Shown: positions 37,401 through 47,615 of the stretch, piece after piece
How the letters are laid out: the number at the start of each line of letters is the position of its first letter
Numbering within the stretch: the first letter of the stretch is position 1
IMG/VR virus record: IMGVR_UViG_3300033156_000272
Span: 1 to 64,000 of that record
Length of the DNA stretch: 64,000 nt
Reading direction: 5' to 3' (one strand)
DNA from: a virus
Notes under the pieces: model-generated
Seen by the model: only the letters and a program-made list of their open reading frames with translations
Database searches by the model: none
Told to the model about the DNA's origin: nothing
Program-made: the position numbers and the translations under genes

Positions 37401-37883
37401 ATGAAAATGGAAGAAAAAATAAAGGTTCACGGCAAACTCACTATAGAAATAGGTGATAAAACTCACGAGATAGTGTTCAATCAAATCCAGCGAGACTTGC
37501 TTTATCGAATAATGACCGGTATCCATAGTACCGGCCCACCCCCGCCAACTCTAATATCTGCGGGAGATGGATACGTGCCTGGTGACTACGACGGCGACTT
37601 GACATCAGAAAAATATACAGCACCGATCATATCCACCGATGAAGGAATTACCCCTACTGGTCGATTCGTTCAATTCTATGGTACTTACACCAACTTCACT
37701 GGCTTCACAATAACAGTTGATAGTTTAGTATTGGCGTGCGCTGGTGCTGTAGGAAGTAGACTTGTGTATGGTGCAGTAAAAGCCCCCTATTATTCAACAG
37801 CATATCAACTTGATCTGTTAGATACTGAAGAAGCAAGACTACTGTGGGAAATTTTCTTCGACTATCACGACGAGGTGGTCTGA
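37401..37883 (+). CDS. Baseplate/fibre attachment protein, paralog B
   Basis: HGKLTIEI...NQI...ISAGDG...WEIFFDYH. Confidence 0.45.
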   Translation: MKMEEKIKVHGKLTIEIGDKTHEIVFNQIQRDLLYRIMTGIHSTGPPPPTLISAGDGYVPGDYDGDLTSEKYTAPIISTDEGITPTGRFVQFYGTYTNFTGFTITVDSLVLACAGAVGSRLVYGAVKAPYYSTAYQLDLLDTEEARLLWEIFFDYHDEVV

Positions 37884-38015
37884 GGAGCAGAGCTCCAATG
37901 TGATGGAAGGGGACTGCTCACCATATTTCAGCTCTCAGTTCTGTGATGACTGGTTGATTAAGTGAAAGCCGCGATGAGCGAGGATACTCGGCGAATAAAA
38001 CTGGATATTGCATCA

Positions 38016-38204
38016 TCAACGACCACCACCGTATAGTTTATTGCTCGCATTCAATTTCATCGTCGCTTTCATCCTCTCTTCAAATTCCTTTCTACACTTC
38101 CCGCACATCTTAGCAACTCCCCCTGCTCTTATTGCTACTACGTTATTGCATCCCGGTCTTACACATTTAGCCAGGCGCATTCCTATGTTCCTGCATCTCA
38201 TCAT
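38016..38204 (-). CDS. Small Cys-rich protein
   Basis: CVRPGC...CGKC; last gene of the minus-strand arm. Confidence 0.5.
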   Translation of the reverse strand: MMRCRNIGMRLAKCVRPGCNNVVAIRAGGVAKMCGKCRKEFEERMKATMKLNASNKLYGGGR

Positions 38205-38208
38205 CTTG

Positions 38209-38400
38209 TCACCACCACGGAGGGCTCCCGGGAGTTCCTACCCATTTCCCGCCTGAGCACGCACATCGTACCTCAATGGGCTCATTCGTAATTTCATTGT
38301 CTGGCTGCAACGGATATCTGCAGTCGGGGCAGAACGGTACCCATACATGAAACGCAATCTTATCCGGCACATTCTTATTAGTCTTCCACATCCTATTCAC
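38209..38400 (-). CDS. Small zinc-ribbon protein
   Basis: CPDC...CAC. Confidence 0.5.
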   Translation of the reverse strand: MNRMWKTNKNVPDKIAFHVWVPFCPDCRYPLQPDNEITNEPIEVRCACSGGKWVGTPGSPPWW

Positions 38401-38519
38401 CTATCCTTATTGTTTTCACTGTTATGTTATCAGTGGGAAACATACAATATGCACCAATGCACATTTTTAGATTCCACTCGTTCATCCACTCCTGTCCTAA
38501 TTCATCAGGCCACTCAATT

Positions 38520-39212
38520 TCAAACATCGCTTTCACTAGACTCACCACCTTCTCCTCTCAGTGATAGTATGTCATCGTATATATTTCCTGCTATTTCTTC
38601 ATCTGCATTCATCAGCTTGAGAATCAGTTCATCGACGGGGATCGAAAACTTCGGTTTCGCGGCCTTGTCTTTCCCGGAGATGTCCTTTCTGTAATATACA
38701 TCTGTTCTTTTTATTGTCCATTCTCCTTGTGTGTATACCTGACTATATATGGCAAATCCCCTCCAGGCTGGATACCAATAACTAACAATGTCTTCTAAAT
38801 CCCATGAATCGTGTTCCACTCTACCAAACGTGCCAACAGTAGTGTATGACATTAGAGTGTGGTGTTCATAATTCGGAATTGCGCAAGTCATGTGCCCACT
38901 ATCACTATCCCACATTACCAGAAGGAGGGGCTTGTCACCGTTCAGGCATTCCGCGAAGAACCTTGCCCAGTCATCACAGTCGCCGAGGAAGTGGCCGGAT
39001 TTGTCTCGCCTGTTCCACGTCTCCGCTGGGGTCTGCCAATAATCTTCCGTTGGGTCATCATGCACGTACTTGAAGCAATGGATCGCCGCGGATCCACAGT
39101 GGCTCGTAGTACAACACCGATAGAGATACTCATGTAAGTCTTTTCTCTGCTTCAACTCTGGTCGAGCATAGTACATTATCCAATCATACACCTTATTCAA
39201 TATATTATTCAT
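38520..39212 (-). CDS. Transglutaminase-like cysteine protease
   Basis: DYWQTPAET...GDCDDWA...GHMTC (BTLCP/C93-like). Confidence 0.75.
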   Translation of the reverse strand: MNNILNKVYDWIMYYARPELKQRKDLHEYLYRCCTTSHCGSAAIHCFKYVHDDPTEDYWQTPAETWNRRDKSGHFLGDCDDWARFFAECLNGDKPLLLVMWDSDSGHMTCAIPNYEHHTLMSYTTVGTFGRVEHDSWDLEDIVSYWYPAWRGFAIYSQVYTQGEWTIKRTDVYYRKDISGKDKAAKPKFSIPVDELILKLMNADEEIAGNIYDDILSLRGEGGESSESDV

Positions 39213-39769
39213 AACTCATCACCGTCTATTATTTTTCGTGCAATGTCTTCAATGGTCTCTACTTGAAACAAGTTTGAAGACTTAATCCTTAGGGGCTCAA
39301 TTGTTAGATCATCGAGGATATCATCAAAGATCTCTTTTATTTCGGTCTGGAATATAATGTCTGTACTTCTGAAGCCATCTTCCTCTAGAGGCATATCAGG
39401 TATCACATAAATCATGTAATCATATGTTTGCATCCATCTCTGCGCGAGAGAGAATAATACTTCATCACTACCTGAGTGATATTGGCAATAAACATAGTTA
39501 TCCATTACGGTACGATCACAAATGAGGTACCTTGTTCCTGGTCTTCTGGCCTCTTCTATTTCGCGCACAATCTGAGAGGCTATTAACCAGAGCTGGGTGA
39601 AATCATCACCTTGCTCATTTACCGGCCACCCTGTTTTTCTCGCCAATTCTGTAAGTACATCGACGCCACTTGCTATCCGCGAGAGCTCGGCGCTAAGATA
39701 AAATGCGGCGGATGTTTTACCAGAACCGTGAGTTCCACTTAGCCCAACTTTAATCGCCATATTACCCAC
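39209..39769 (-). CDS. P-loop nucleotide kinase (AAA_28/NadR-like)
   Basis: GTHGSGKTS, ELAR, CDRTVMD, EDGFR. Confidence 0.8.
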   Translation of the reverse strand: MGNMAIKVGLSGTHGSGKTSAAFYLSAELSRIASGVDVLTELARKTGWPVNEQGDDFTQLWLIASQIVREIEEARRPGTRYLICDRTVMDNYVYCQYHSGSDEVLFSLAQRWMQTYDYMIYVIPDMPLEEDGFRSTDIIFQTEIKEIFDDILDDLTIEPLRIKSSNLFQVETIEDIARKIIDGDEL

Positions 39770-39918
39770 TCCCTGGGATACATAGAGTGCAGTCTACCAG
39801 TATAATAAAGCCCTTCTCTATTGCACATGCAAGACAATAGTCATTATTGTGCCGACTGATATACGAGTGTCCTTGTAACATTGCGTTTCGACAAGTACTA
39901 CAGTATAGTGCCATTGTA

Positions 39919-40152
39919 TCATCTCCTATTGTGTTTAAAATATTTACAGTCCGCACGAGCATTTGCTTCTCGACGTGCCCTTACACGACGTCTCATATTT
40001 TCAATCTCTATTTCATATTCTTGACACGAAACTATGCCCCAACCAATTCCCGACATATAACCTACGGCCATCTGGTGCATCCCGCATCGATTGCACGTTC
40101 GGTAACCCGATGCATCTTTTCTCCACTTATGTATCCAACATTTTTTGGTCAT
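39919..40152 (-). CDS. Hypothetical zinc-binding protein
   Basis: CWIHKW...RTCNRCG. Confidence 0.45.
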   Translation of the reverse strand: MTKKCWIHKWRKDASGYRTCNRCGMHQMAVGYMSGIGWGIVSCQEYEIEIENMRRRVRARREANARADCKYFKHNRR

Positions 40153-40227
40153 ATTACTATCTCCTAATAGCAGGAAACTTCACGGAACGCGACCGTCACC
40201 ACAAGTCTTCGCCGCTAGGCGAATGAC

Positions 40228-40524
40228 TCATAGTTCCTTCTCTCTCTGAAGTCGTAGCTCAACTTCGCTCTTCACTTCTACCCAGTGGAGTAGTTTGAAC
40301 AAGACGAATAGTGCTGCCGCAAGTGCACTGTAGTTCATGGGGTGGACATCTACATATCTGGATATATCTGGGGGCCATGAATAAAAGAACACCGCGTGTT
40401 GTATTAACGCAAGTCCAATCATCCAAGATATTGCATATAGCAGTATGTTATACACTGCTAATAGCTCATAGTAGTATTTTCCGTGTTTCATTATAATTCC
40501 TCCTCTTCTATGCACATGCCACAT
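40228..40524 (-). CDS. Two-TM membrane protein
   Basis: Two hydrophobic segments. Confidence 0.5.
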   Translation of the reverse strand: MWHVHRRGGIIMKHGKYYYELLAVYNILLYAISWMIGLALIQHAVFFYSWPPDISRYVDVHPMNYSALAAALFVLFKLLHWVEVKSEVELRLQREKEL

Positions 40525-40748
40525 ATGAATCTATAATCATTATGTCCTGCTGCATTAACGCATGGTACTCTATCCATTAGTATTAGGTGAATAGGGCACA
40601 CTTTTTGGTATATGAGTGCACTGCGCAAGAATTTGGTGAACTGTTTCTCATCAAGTGCACGAACTCCAAATGCTTCAAACTCAACAGAGATTATGTGCCC
40701 AAGTTCTTTATATGTAATTTTTTCGCTCATAATACCCACACTCGTCAT
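40491..40748 (-). CDS. Hypothetical zinc-binding protein
   Basis: CPIH...CGMC. Confidence 0.45.
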   Translation of the reverse strand: MTSVGIMSEKITYKELGHIISVEFEAFGVRALDEKQFTKFLRSALIYQKVCPIHLILMDRVPCVNAAGHNDYRFICGMCIEEEEL

Positions 40749-40872
40749 TCATTATATCCACTCATGTAAGCCACATGACGTACAAGTAATTGTTTTTCCC
40801 AGTCCTGTGTTAAGTATAATTGTGAATGTTGTTCCGTAACATCCTCTGCAGTGTACTAATCCGTCGTCCATG

Positions 40873-41607
40873 TTATTCACAATCCAGTAGGCGATCATAT
40901 AATAATGGGTCATTTGTATCGTTTTTCTCGAATGCTTCACTTCTAAACCTACACGAGTCACACTTCCCGCAACACTTCCGGCCTCCAGAGTAACAGGACC
41001 AGGTGTGTTCGTATGGAACTCCGAGCTCAATTCCTTTCTTGACAATTGCTTGTTTATCCATGTTCATCAGAGGTGTGAGAATCTTGATAGGATTTCCTTC
41101 TATTCCTCTCTTGTTTGCAAGCTTGGAGAGTTCGTTCCATTTCATAATGAATTCTGGTCTACAATCAGGATAACCACTGAAATCGATAGCATTAACTCCG
41201 AGGTATATTGCCCTAGCATTTATGGTTTCTGCATAAGAGAGACATATAGCAATAAATATGTTATTCCTTCCAGGAACGTAGCTTATAGGAATACCACCAT
41301 CATACCCATCAGTTGGAACGGTTAACTTCTTATCTGTAAGTGCACTTCCGCCAAATTCTCCGAGAAACTTGATATTTATGATTTTGTGGTGTATCCAATA
41401 ATCGTGTGCTAGTTGTTTTGCTTTCTTGAGCTCTACTTTGTGTCTCTGTCCATATGAAAACGTTATCGCATGAACCAGATCCGCAGGATAATTGTGTCTC
41501 ACTATTCCGAGTACAGTTGCACTATCTAATCCGCCAGACAAAACCACAACTACTGGGGGTGTATCTATTTCTATACACTTTCCGATTTTTTCTGCTGTCT
41601 CCATCAA
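40873..41607 (-). CDS. queC: 7-cyano-7-deazaguanine (preQ0) synthase
   Basis: SGGLDS, YGQRH, YVPGRN, YPDCRPEF, TWSCY, CGKCDSC. Confidence 0.96.
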   Translation of the reverse strand: MMETAEKIGKCIEIDTPPVVVVLSGGLDSATVLGIVRHNYPADLVHAITFSYGQRHKVELKKAKQLAHDYWIHHKIINIKFLGEFGGSALTDKKLTVPTDGYDGGIPISYVPGRNNIFIAICLSYAETINARAIYLGVNAIDFSGYPDCRPEFIMKWNELSKLANKRGIEGNPIKILTPLMNMDKQAIVKKGIELGVPYEHTWSCYSGGRKCCGKCDSCRFRSEAFEKNDTNDPLLYDRLLDCE

Positions 41608-41645
41608 TCATCCCTCCTTACTATTGCCTCAAACATTGCGTTCAT

Positions 41646-42470
41646 TCACTCCAGCTCCTTGTCGTTTAACATATGTGCGATAGCAATTGCATCGTGTGCG
41701 TGTATGCTCTCTACACTAGTTACTTGTACTTCTGCGGCTAGTATCTTAAATCCTTTGTTGGAGAACCTGATCTCGAGTGCATTTACTATCTCTCTGGCAG
41801 CATCCTCCACGAATCGCGGATTCTCGTAGGCCTCTTCTGTTACGGCTTTCTCATCAACTCTCTTGAGTACTGCGTATACTTGTGCACTTGCACACTTGGA
41901 TGCGACTTCATATACATCCTCAATTCCTATTACTGTACTTCCAGCGAGTTGGTGAATAGTGACATTAATGATGGCTCTTTGATTGTGTGCACCGTAGTCC
42001 GATATCTCTTTGCTACAGGGGCACAATGTCGTTGCTGGCATGCTCACTGTCATTAGTTGAACATTTCCATTTACGGAGAAGGATACGTCCATAGGTATTG
42101 CTCCTTTCTCTCCGGTTATAGGTGCTGTTGTTTCTACGAAGTAAGTGAATCCCATAGATATAGTGCCATCGGCAGCTTCTTGTTCTTGTAGTATCTTTAT
42201 GAGGATGTTATTAAGCTCACTTAAGTCAATATCCTGGAAATCCTTGCTATGAAGAGTCTTAACAATACGACTCATGTGTATTCCTCTCTGGTCTTTTGAC
42301 AATCCCACTATGACAGATATGTCTGCTTCTACTTGTTGCATGCCACCACGTGCAAAGTCTTTTACTCTCACGGGTAGTCTCACGTTCGAAACGCCAGCCT
42401 TCACTGGAATTTTTATTGTTGGTTCCGTTACCTGTACATCAGGGAGCTCATATATATCTTCTTCGGTCAT
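41646..42470 (-). CDS. folE2: GTP cyclohydrolase, FolE2/MptA family
   Basis: LPDVQ, RGIHMSR, TLCPCSKEIS..GAHNQR, LKRVDE, NPRFVED, ESIHAHDA. Confidence 0.93.
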   Translation of the reverse strand: MTEEDIYELPDVQVTEPTIKIPVKAGVSNVRLPVRVKDFARGGMQQVEADISVIVGLSKDQRGIHMSRIVKTLHSKDFQDIDLSELNNILIKILQEQEAADGTISMGFTYFVETTAPITGEKGAIPMDVSFSVNGNVQLMTVSMPATTLCPCSKEISDYGAHNQRAIINVTIHQLAGSTVIGIEDVYEVASKCASAQVYAVLKRVDEKAVTEEAYENPRFVEDAAREIVNALEIRFSNKGFKILAAEVQVTSVESIHAHDAIAIAHMLNDKELE

Positions 42471-43351
42471 TATTTTACCTCCGTATTGGGGTATGCTGCT
42501 ATTACTCTATATCCATATTTTTTGATGAGAGAGTCGTACTCTCCTAGTAGGCACTCTTGTATGAAAGGACACCATCCGCAAAGTATCCCTACATTTTTTG
42601 GGAAGAGTCCTGTTGAACTCTCACTTCTCACTTTTGCGAGCTTTCTATAGAAGGCTGCTACTGTCTGGTTCTTGAATTCGAACTGGAACACCCCCTTCTC
42701 TTTCGGGAATATTATCCTCCCGTACTTGATGGGTTTCGGATTGATCTTATGTACCTCTATTAGATGCTTATACCCCATAAGTTCGAATCGATACTTACTA
42801 TCCATGTACTTGTGATATATCCCTGTCTTATAGTCACTTATGATGCAGTACTTCCCATCGGGTGTATAATCGAGCCTATCTGATGTCCCCGTAAAGTTAA
42901 CATCTGGGTCAGTATCATCAAGGGATTGTTCCACTGTAATGGGTGGCCAATATTCAGGGGATGCACAATCTTCAAACCATTCTACATCCATTTCTATCAT
43001 GTTGTCGAATAGCATGTCAAGGATGCTGTTAAAACCATATGGAAGTCTCTTCTTATGGTGGCTTACTATATCTTCTGCGGTCATTTTGGTGAGTTTCTCT
43101 GGAGTGAGGTCGTTATATACTTTTTCCATTGAATTATGGAATGCTGTACCAATTACCATGGCGTCTGACTCATCTCCCTGTATCCCAATAAGGAACGACA
43201 ACGCAAATCTGTATCTACAGTTGTCGAATGATTGGCAACCAGACTTTCTTAGTTGCATGTGCCCTACGTCTTCGGGGAGAATGTAGTACTCTCTTGGTCG
43301 GTTGGGGTCGAAGTAATTATATAGTCTCATTGGATGTATCATTTTTTTCAC
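42470..43351 (-). CDS. Cas4/AddB-like PD-(D/E)XK exonuclease
   Basis: C...GTAFH...GTSDRLD...DYKTG...CGWCPFIQEC (1+3 Cys). Confidence 0.85.
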   Translation of the reverse strand: MKKMIHPMRLYNYFDPNRPREYYILPEDVGHMQLRKSGCQSFDNCRYRFALSFLIGIQGDESDAMVIGTAFHNSMEKVYNDLTPEKLTKMTAEDIVSHHKKRLPYGFNSILDMLFDNMIEMDVEWFEDCASPEYWPPITVEQSLDDTDPDVNFTGTSDRLDYTPDGKYCIISDYKTGIYHKYMDSKYRFELMGYKHLIEVHKINPKPIKYGRIIFPKEKGVFQFEFKNQTVAAFYRKLAKVRSESSTGLFPKNVGILCGWCPFIQECLLGEYDSLIKKYGYRVIAAYPNTEVK

Positions 43352-44015
43352 TTCCCATCGGGTTTATTGCTCCTTCATATATGAGCTTCATGAAATGAGA
43401 ATCCTCGTAATTAATTCCTTGGCGAATCCAGTTAGTGTTGTTCTTTTGTATATACATTCTATATATGTCTTCTGGAGTTGCACCGAGTGCGTCGAACCAC
43501 GCTAGTAGGAAGTGTAAGAGATCCACTCCTTCTTCTATAGCATGTTCTCTATCAATCGGGTGTTCTTCCTTCCACCATCGATAGTTTAGTTCTTCTTGCA
43601 TCTCTGCTAGCTCTTGCCCCATAGCGATTAGTGATTTTTGTAACCATTCTTCTGTAGTTACATTTTGCGGCTTGACAAAATCCGTGAATTGCTTGTTCCT
43701 AAAGAATATATGAGAGAGTCTGTCGTGCTGTATTGATGGATGCAGGTACTTATTGAGATGTGTTTCTATATTGTATAATTCTTTGGATATTATATTCCCA
43801 TCTTCTTTCTGTTCAATCATGTGTGATAGTATGCGAACACGAGTTTCTATATCAAGTGATTCTATTCCTTTTATGCGTGTCTCTATGAGCAGGTTCTTTA
43901 CCTTGTCGAGAATCTTTCTAGCCTCTCTAAGTGCACTATCATCAACAGAAGCGGGAGCAGTTGTTATGTATGTTTCTTCGTCCTTCATTCTCCTTCCCCC
44001 TCGTAGTAAGGACAT
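43317..44015 (-). CDS. Dimeric (all-alpha) dUTPase-family pyrophosphatase
   Basis: ELAEM...WWK...EEGVDLLHF...Y..KN..N..RQ. Confidence 0.85.
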   Translation of the reverse strand: MSLLRGGRRMKDEETYITTAPASVDDSALREARKILDKVKNLLIETRIKGIESLDIETRVRILSHMIEQKEDGNIISKELYNIETHLNKYLHPSIQHDRLSHIFFRNKQFTDFVKPQNVTTEEWLQKSLIAMGQELAEMQEELNYRWWKEEHPIDREHAIEEGVDLLHFLLAWFDALGATPEDIYRMYIQKNNTNWIRQGINYEDSHFMKLIYEGAINPMGSEKNDTSNETI

Positions 44016-44413
44016 TCACCTGATAGTTCTTGCTTCAGGGAATCTTTGCATACTGGATAATGATTGCACGTGTTACATTCTGGGCGAATCACACCAAGTA
44101 TTTCTCCTTGTAGTTCTACTGTGATATGAACTCTTGCATCGTCGTACTTGCTACCATATATATTCAAGTAGTCAGCAACTTCCCATAATAGTCTGAGACC
44201 AGCGTATCTATCCATGCTGAGTTGTTGTTCTGCAGTGGTGAGACCTCTGAGTTCAGTATAGTGCTTCTCTTCTATTATGGACGTTATCCATCGACCATTA
44301 TCACCTACATACTTGACTACATATCCATTGTCTACTGCTGTTAAATGCATTTGTATACATGATGATATGATTGTGTTATACATCTCTTCTTCGGTTTCTT
44401 CGTCGAGCGTCAT
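43985..44413 (-). CDS. Hypothetical protein
   Basis: Operon-embedded ORF with C-terminal Cys cluster. Confidence 0.5.
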   Translation of the reverse strand: MTLDEETEEEMYNTIISSCIQMHLTAVDNGYVVKYVGDNGRWITSIIEEKHYTELRGLTTAEQQLSMDRYAGLRLLWEVADYLNIYGSKYDDARVHITVELQGEILGVIRPECNTCNHYPVCKDSLKQELSGECPYYEGEGE

Positions 44414-45036
44414 TAATTCCCTCTCCTGAGTTTAACTTCAAATCTAGAGTCTAAGAAGTCTGCATATGATACAATTCGCTCTTCAATAGTATCAGGACCG
44501 GGTAAGTATTTGTACCAATGTCCACCGTGACACAAAATCATCCTACTCACGTCTCTAACTTCTTCGGGGGGTAGGTGCAACCCCAGTGTTTTCTTCGCCC
44601 ACTGATGACCCTTACTGGCATGGTTCTTGTTACTTGCTCCTTCGATCTTTGCGTAATCGTGGAAAAAGCATGCGAATACTATAAGGTCTATTCTATCTTG
44701 AGTCATTCCTATTTGTAATGCCATATGTTGAGCGAGTCTCATTACATTTGCAGTATGTTTGACCAATATCGTACTCCTATAGATACCATCTGCTTTCTTC
44801 TCTAAATGGTACTTCTGACTCGGAGAACACGGTACAGTATGCCAGAGTTTTATTTTTGTATCATAGTAGTCCTTGCATAGCGCTCTCTTATCTTTGTCTG
44901 CTATCAGTGCAAGCGACTCCATCATCAGATAATGAGACTTGCTATCAAACTCATCAAACTCCTTTATCGATGGTTTCTTTACTCCTTCGAATTCTTCTTT
45001 ACTCATTGGCATGTTGAACTTCCTCCGCGTATCCAC
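44413..45036 (-). CDS. HD-domain phosphohydrolase
   Basis: KYH...KHT...FHDYAK...H...HGG...AD. Confidence 0.85.
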   Translation of the reverse strand: MDTRRKFNMPMSKEEFEGVKKPSIKEFDEFDSKSHYLMMESLALIADKDKRALCKDYYDTKIKLWHTVPCSPSQKYHLEKKADGIYRSTILVKHTANVMRLAQHMALQIGMTQDRIDLIVFACFFHDYAKIEGASNKNHASKGHQWAKKTLGLHLPPEEVRDVSRMILCHGGHWYKYLPGPDTIEERIVSYADFLDSRFEVKLRRGN

Positions 45037-45199
45037 AGTAAGTGCAGAACATTACAATCTCTTTCGTATCTACATCCATTACTTCTGTGAAGGTGTGCTT
45101 CTCGCATTTCGGACAATCATATAGTTCTTTGTTGGTCGTTAGTCTTACTGCTCTGGGGCTAAATTTCATTTTCTCTTTCCTCCATTTATGCGAATGCAA
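44999..45199 (-). CDS. Zinc-ribbon protein
   Basis: YDCPKCE...CTYCG. Confidence 0.55.
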   Translation of the reverse strand: MHSHKWRKEKMKFSPRAVRLTTNKELYDCPKCEKHTFTEVMDVDTKEIVMFCTYCGYAEEVQHANE

Positions 45200-47615
45200 A
45201 CAGTTTCGTTTGCTTCTGGTCTTGTAATATCATTTTGGTAGTGGTATCAATAACATCAAGGATCGGGTCTATCTTATTCTCTATGATCTTCTCTGTCTGT
45301 AGTTTCCAGTCTACCTTGTCTCTCCACGAGATGTTGTACTCGTCTGTCATTTCGAACTCTTTATTCTTTTTGAGTCCGATCCAATCAACATCATATATAT
45401 TGGTTTTCAGCTGAATTCCCTTCTCTTCACAGGCCTTAGGAGCTGTAACATACAGTCTTACACGCCACCAGAACTTCTTCTGCAACAGTACTTTGTAGTA
45501 TCTCTCACCACTGAGAGGAGTTTTGTTGAATATATGATCGTAGTAATATAATCCCTTCTTGCTACTTGGTCTATAGTACTCTTCTAGTGGCTTTGCAACC
45601 TTTTGCGGGAGTCCTATCGACTCGAGTGGTTCAGAAGATGCCTTGGCAACTAACTCCTTGATAAAAATGCTAATCTGATTTTCTCCTGCCCCACTGAGTA
45701 TATAATCAAGTAGCTGTTTTTGTGCATATCTACTCCACTTAGCAGCATCGGAACGACGTGCCTCAAATCCTTTGATGTCGAGTTCTCTGATGGCTGCTCC
45801 TTTATTCCATACACGCATCCCGGCGTATCTCTTCTTCTTTCCGTGGAAGAGAATTCGTTCATACACCTTCTCAAACTCTATACGAGGCACGAATCTCCAG
45901 CTTTCTTCTACTGCCATCTGATCAAATAGCGAATTAACAGTTTCTTCTATCTTCTTCCCCTTCTCTACAGGATTCTCTCCAACCTCAATCAATACGGAAT
46001 CTGTATCCCCATATATTGGATTGTATCCCAGCTCTTTAGAGAACTCCATGGTCTTTAGAATCATCTTTCTGCCCATGAAAGTTGTACACTCTGAAATTTG
46101 CGGAACGTACAATCTACTAAATGGAAACGCAAACTGCCCATACATAGCTGCAATTAGTTGCTTAATTCCATACTGCATGTTATCGAGTATATTGTACTTG
46201 TTAATGAGGTCCTTGCTCATCGGGTTCTTATTGAGATCCAATTTAAGCATAGACATATCATCCTTTACTTTCATGCGTGCTACAGACAATCGCTCGAAGA
46301 TTCGCGGAACAATACCAGGCGTTTTCATATCAACCCATACATTAGCAATCTTCTTCCATCCAGCAATCTCTTTTGTACTGAGAGTCTCTGGAGATAGATT
46401 ATTGCTCCTTATTATAGTAGGATACATCTGCGAGAAGTCGAGTGCGATAACGTTATCATACAACCCTTTCTTTGGTTGAAATACGAATGCACCCTCATAC
46501 TTAAGTCTCTCTTCTTTATGTCGGCGGGCGAGTGCATAATGTCCGTGGAATTCGCGGAGAAGCAGTATCTCCACGTACCTCGTTGTCGTTAGTGTGTCAT
46601 TAAGACTACACCCTACAACTCTGCTGACGCCATCAAACTGATTGACTATACCGTGCTTGTTGTCAATGGCCCAAGTGCGTTCTACATCACGTTTATTGTA
46701 TTCGAGAATTATGTCTATGTGTTTTCGATTCATATAATTTTCGTAATCAAAATCATCAGCTTCCATACTAACCCCATATTGATCTTCTCGCGAAGCAACC
46801 CCTTCTAGTGTATAATCCTCAAACGTCTTTCCCTGGAAGTATTTCTTAAACCCGTCCATCAAGTCAAAGATCTGAATTCCTACTATCTTCTTGTCATTCA
46901 TTCCTGTCTCACGAATTATTCTGACGGGACTCATCCTCTCTGCTTCAACCTTGCATCTCTTTGCTCTATTGACTATTGTCTTTACGTCAAACTGAGGGTT
47001 CCACCCGATCCAAACGTCTGGCTGTTTTTCTTTGATCCAATCAATAAATGCCATGATCATGTGTCGCTCTTCACTAGGTTTACATGCAGTCATGGTGAAG
47101 TCTTCAATCTCTCCGGTATTGGGATTATGGTATTTTGCTACAATTGTAAGAATCATGTTTCTTGCTTTATCGGGGTCGGGGAATGCTCCGCGAGTTTCTA
47201 CTTCTGTATCAACGTGGACTCTTGTTAGGCGGCATTCGGGATTTTCTGCGGGTATCACATCTCCAGTATCTGTGATTTGAAATCCTGCAAATATCTTACG
47301 GTCGATGAGACATCTAATCTCGTAAAGTACGTCACTTTCAAAAGTGTATGAAAAGGTATCTCTTTTCTTAGCAACGTCGCTCGGTATTCTTGTTTCTACT
47401 TTCGAACAATTAACAATCTTGGGGCCAGACTTAGCTGTCTTAATCCCCTTATAAACCCCTCCAGGATCCTCGTAGTAAAAATACGGTGCTGGTGAATTCC
47501 ACCCAAAGCACTTCTTTTCCTTGCCGTCAGGAGAACGTCCTATGAGGAAAATAACGGGCTCGTTCTCTATGATTTTATAGCAAGAATCAACCAGTAAGTA
47601 GTTCATCAATATCAC
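45186..47615 (-). CDS. polB: Family B DNA polymerase
   Basis: Exo DTE / WNPQFD / YNKRD; Pol DFSQMYP, KQLIAAMYG, YGDTDS, KKRY, KGFEARRSD. Confidence 0.95.
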   Translation of the reverse strand: MILMNYLLVDSCYKIIENEPVIFLIGRSPDGKEKKCFGWNSPAPYFYYEDPGGVYKGIKTAKSGPKIVNCSKVETRIPSDVAKKRDTFSYTFESDVLYEIRCLIDRKIFAGFQITDTGDVIPAENPECRLTRVHVDTEVETRGAFPDPDKARNMILTIVAKYHNPNTGEIEDFTMTACKPSEERHMIMAFIDWIKEKQPDVWIGWNPQFDVKTIVNRAKRCKVEAERMSPVRIIRETGMNDKKIVGIQIFDLMDGFKKYFQGKTFEDYTLEGVASREDQYGVSMEADDFDYENYMNRKHIDIILEYNKRDVERTWAIDNKHGIVNQFDGVSRVVGCSLNDTLTTTRYVEILLLREFHGHYALARRHKEERLKYEGAFVFQPKKGLYDNVIALDFSQMYPTIIRSNNLSPETLSTKEIAGWKKIANVWVDMKTPGIVPRIFERLSVARMKVKDDMSMLKLDLNKNPMSKDLINKYNILDNMQYGIKQLIAAMYGQFAFPFSRLYVPQISECTTFMGRKMILKTMEFSKELGYNPIYGDTDSVLIEVGENPVEKGKKIEETVNSLFDQMAVEESWRFVPRIEFEKVYERILFHGKKKRYAGMRVWNKGAAIRELDIKGFEARRSDAAKWSRYAQKQLLDYILSGAGENQISIFIKELVAKASSEPLESIGLPQKVAKPLEEYYRPSSKKGLYYYDHIFNKTPLSGERYYKVLLQKKFWWRVRLYVTAPKACEEKGIQLKTNIYDVDWIGLKKNKEFEMTDEYNISWRDKVDWKLQTEKIIENKIDPILDVIDTTTKMILQDQKQTKLFAFA

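Noticed and set aside
37884-38010. Hammerhead ribozyme or RNase P RNA
   Set aside because: CUGANGA/GAAA core spacing and the RNase P P4 consensus are not met on either strand.
42470-43351. Cas4 as part of a CRISPR-Cas locus
   Set aside because: No other cas genes or array; solo Cas4-like nucleases are common in viral replication modules.
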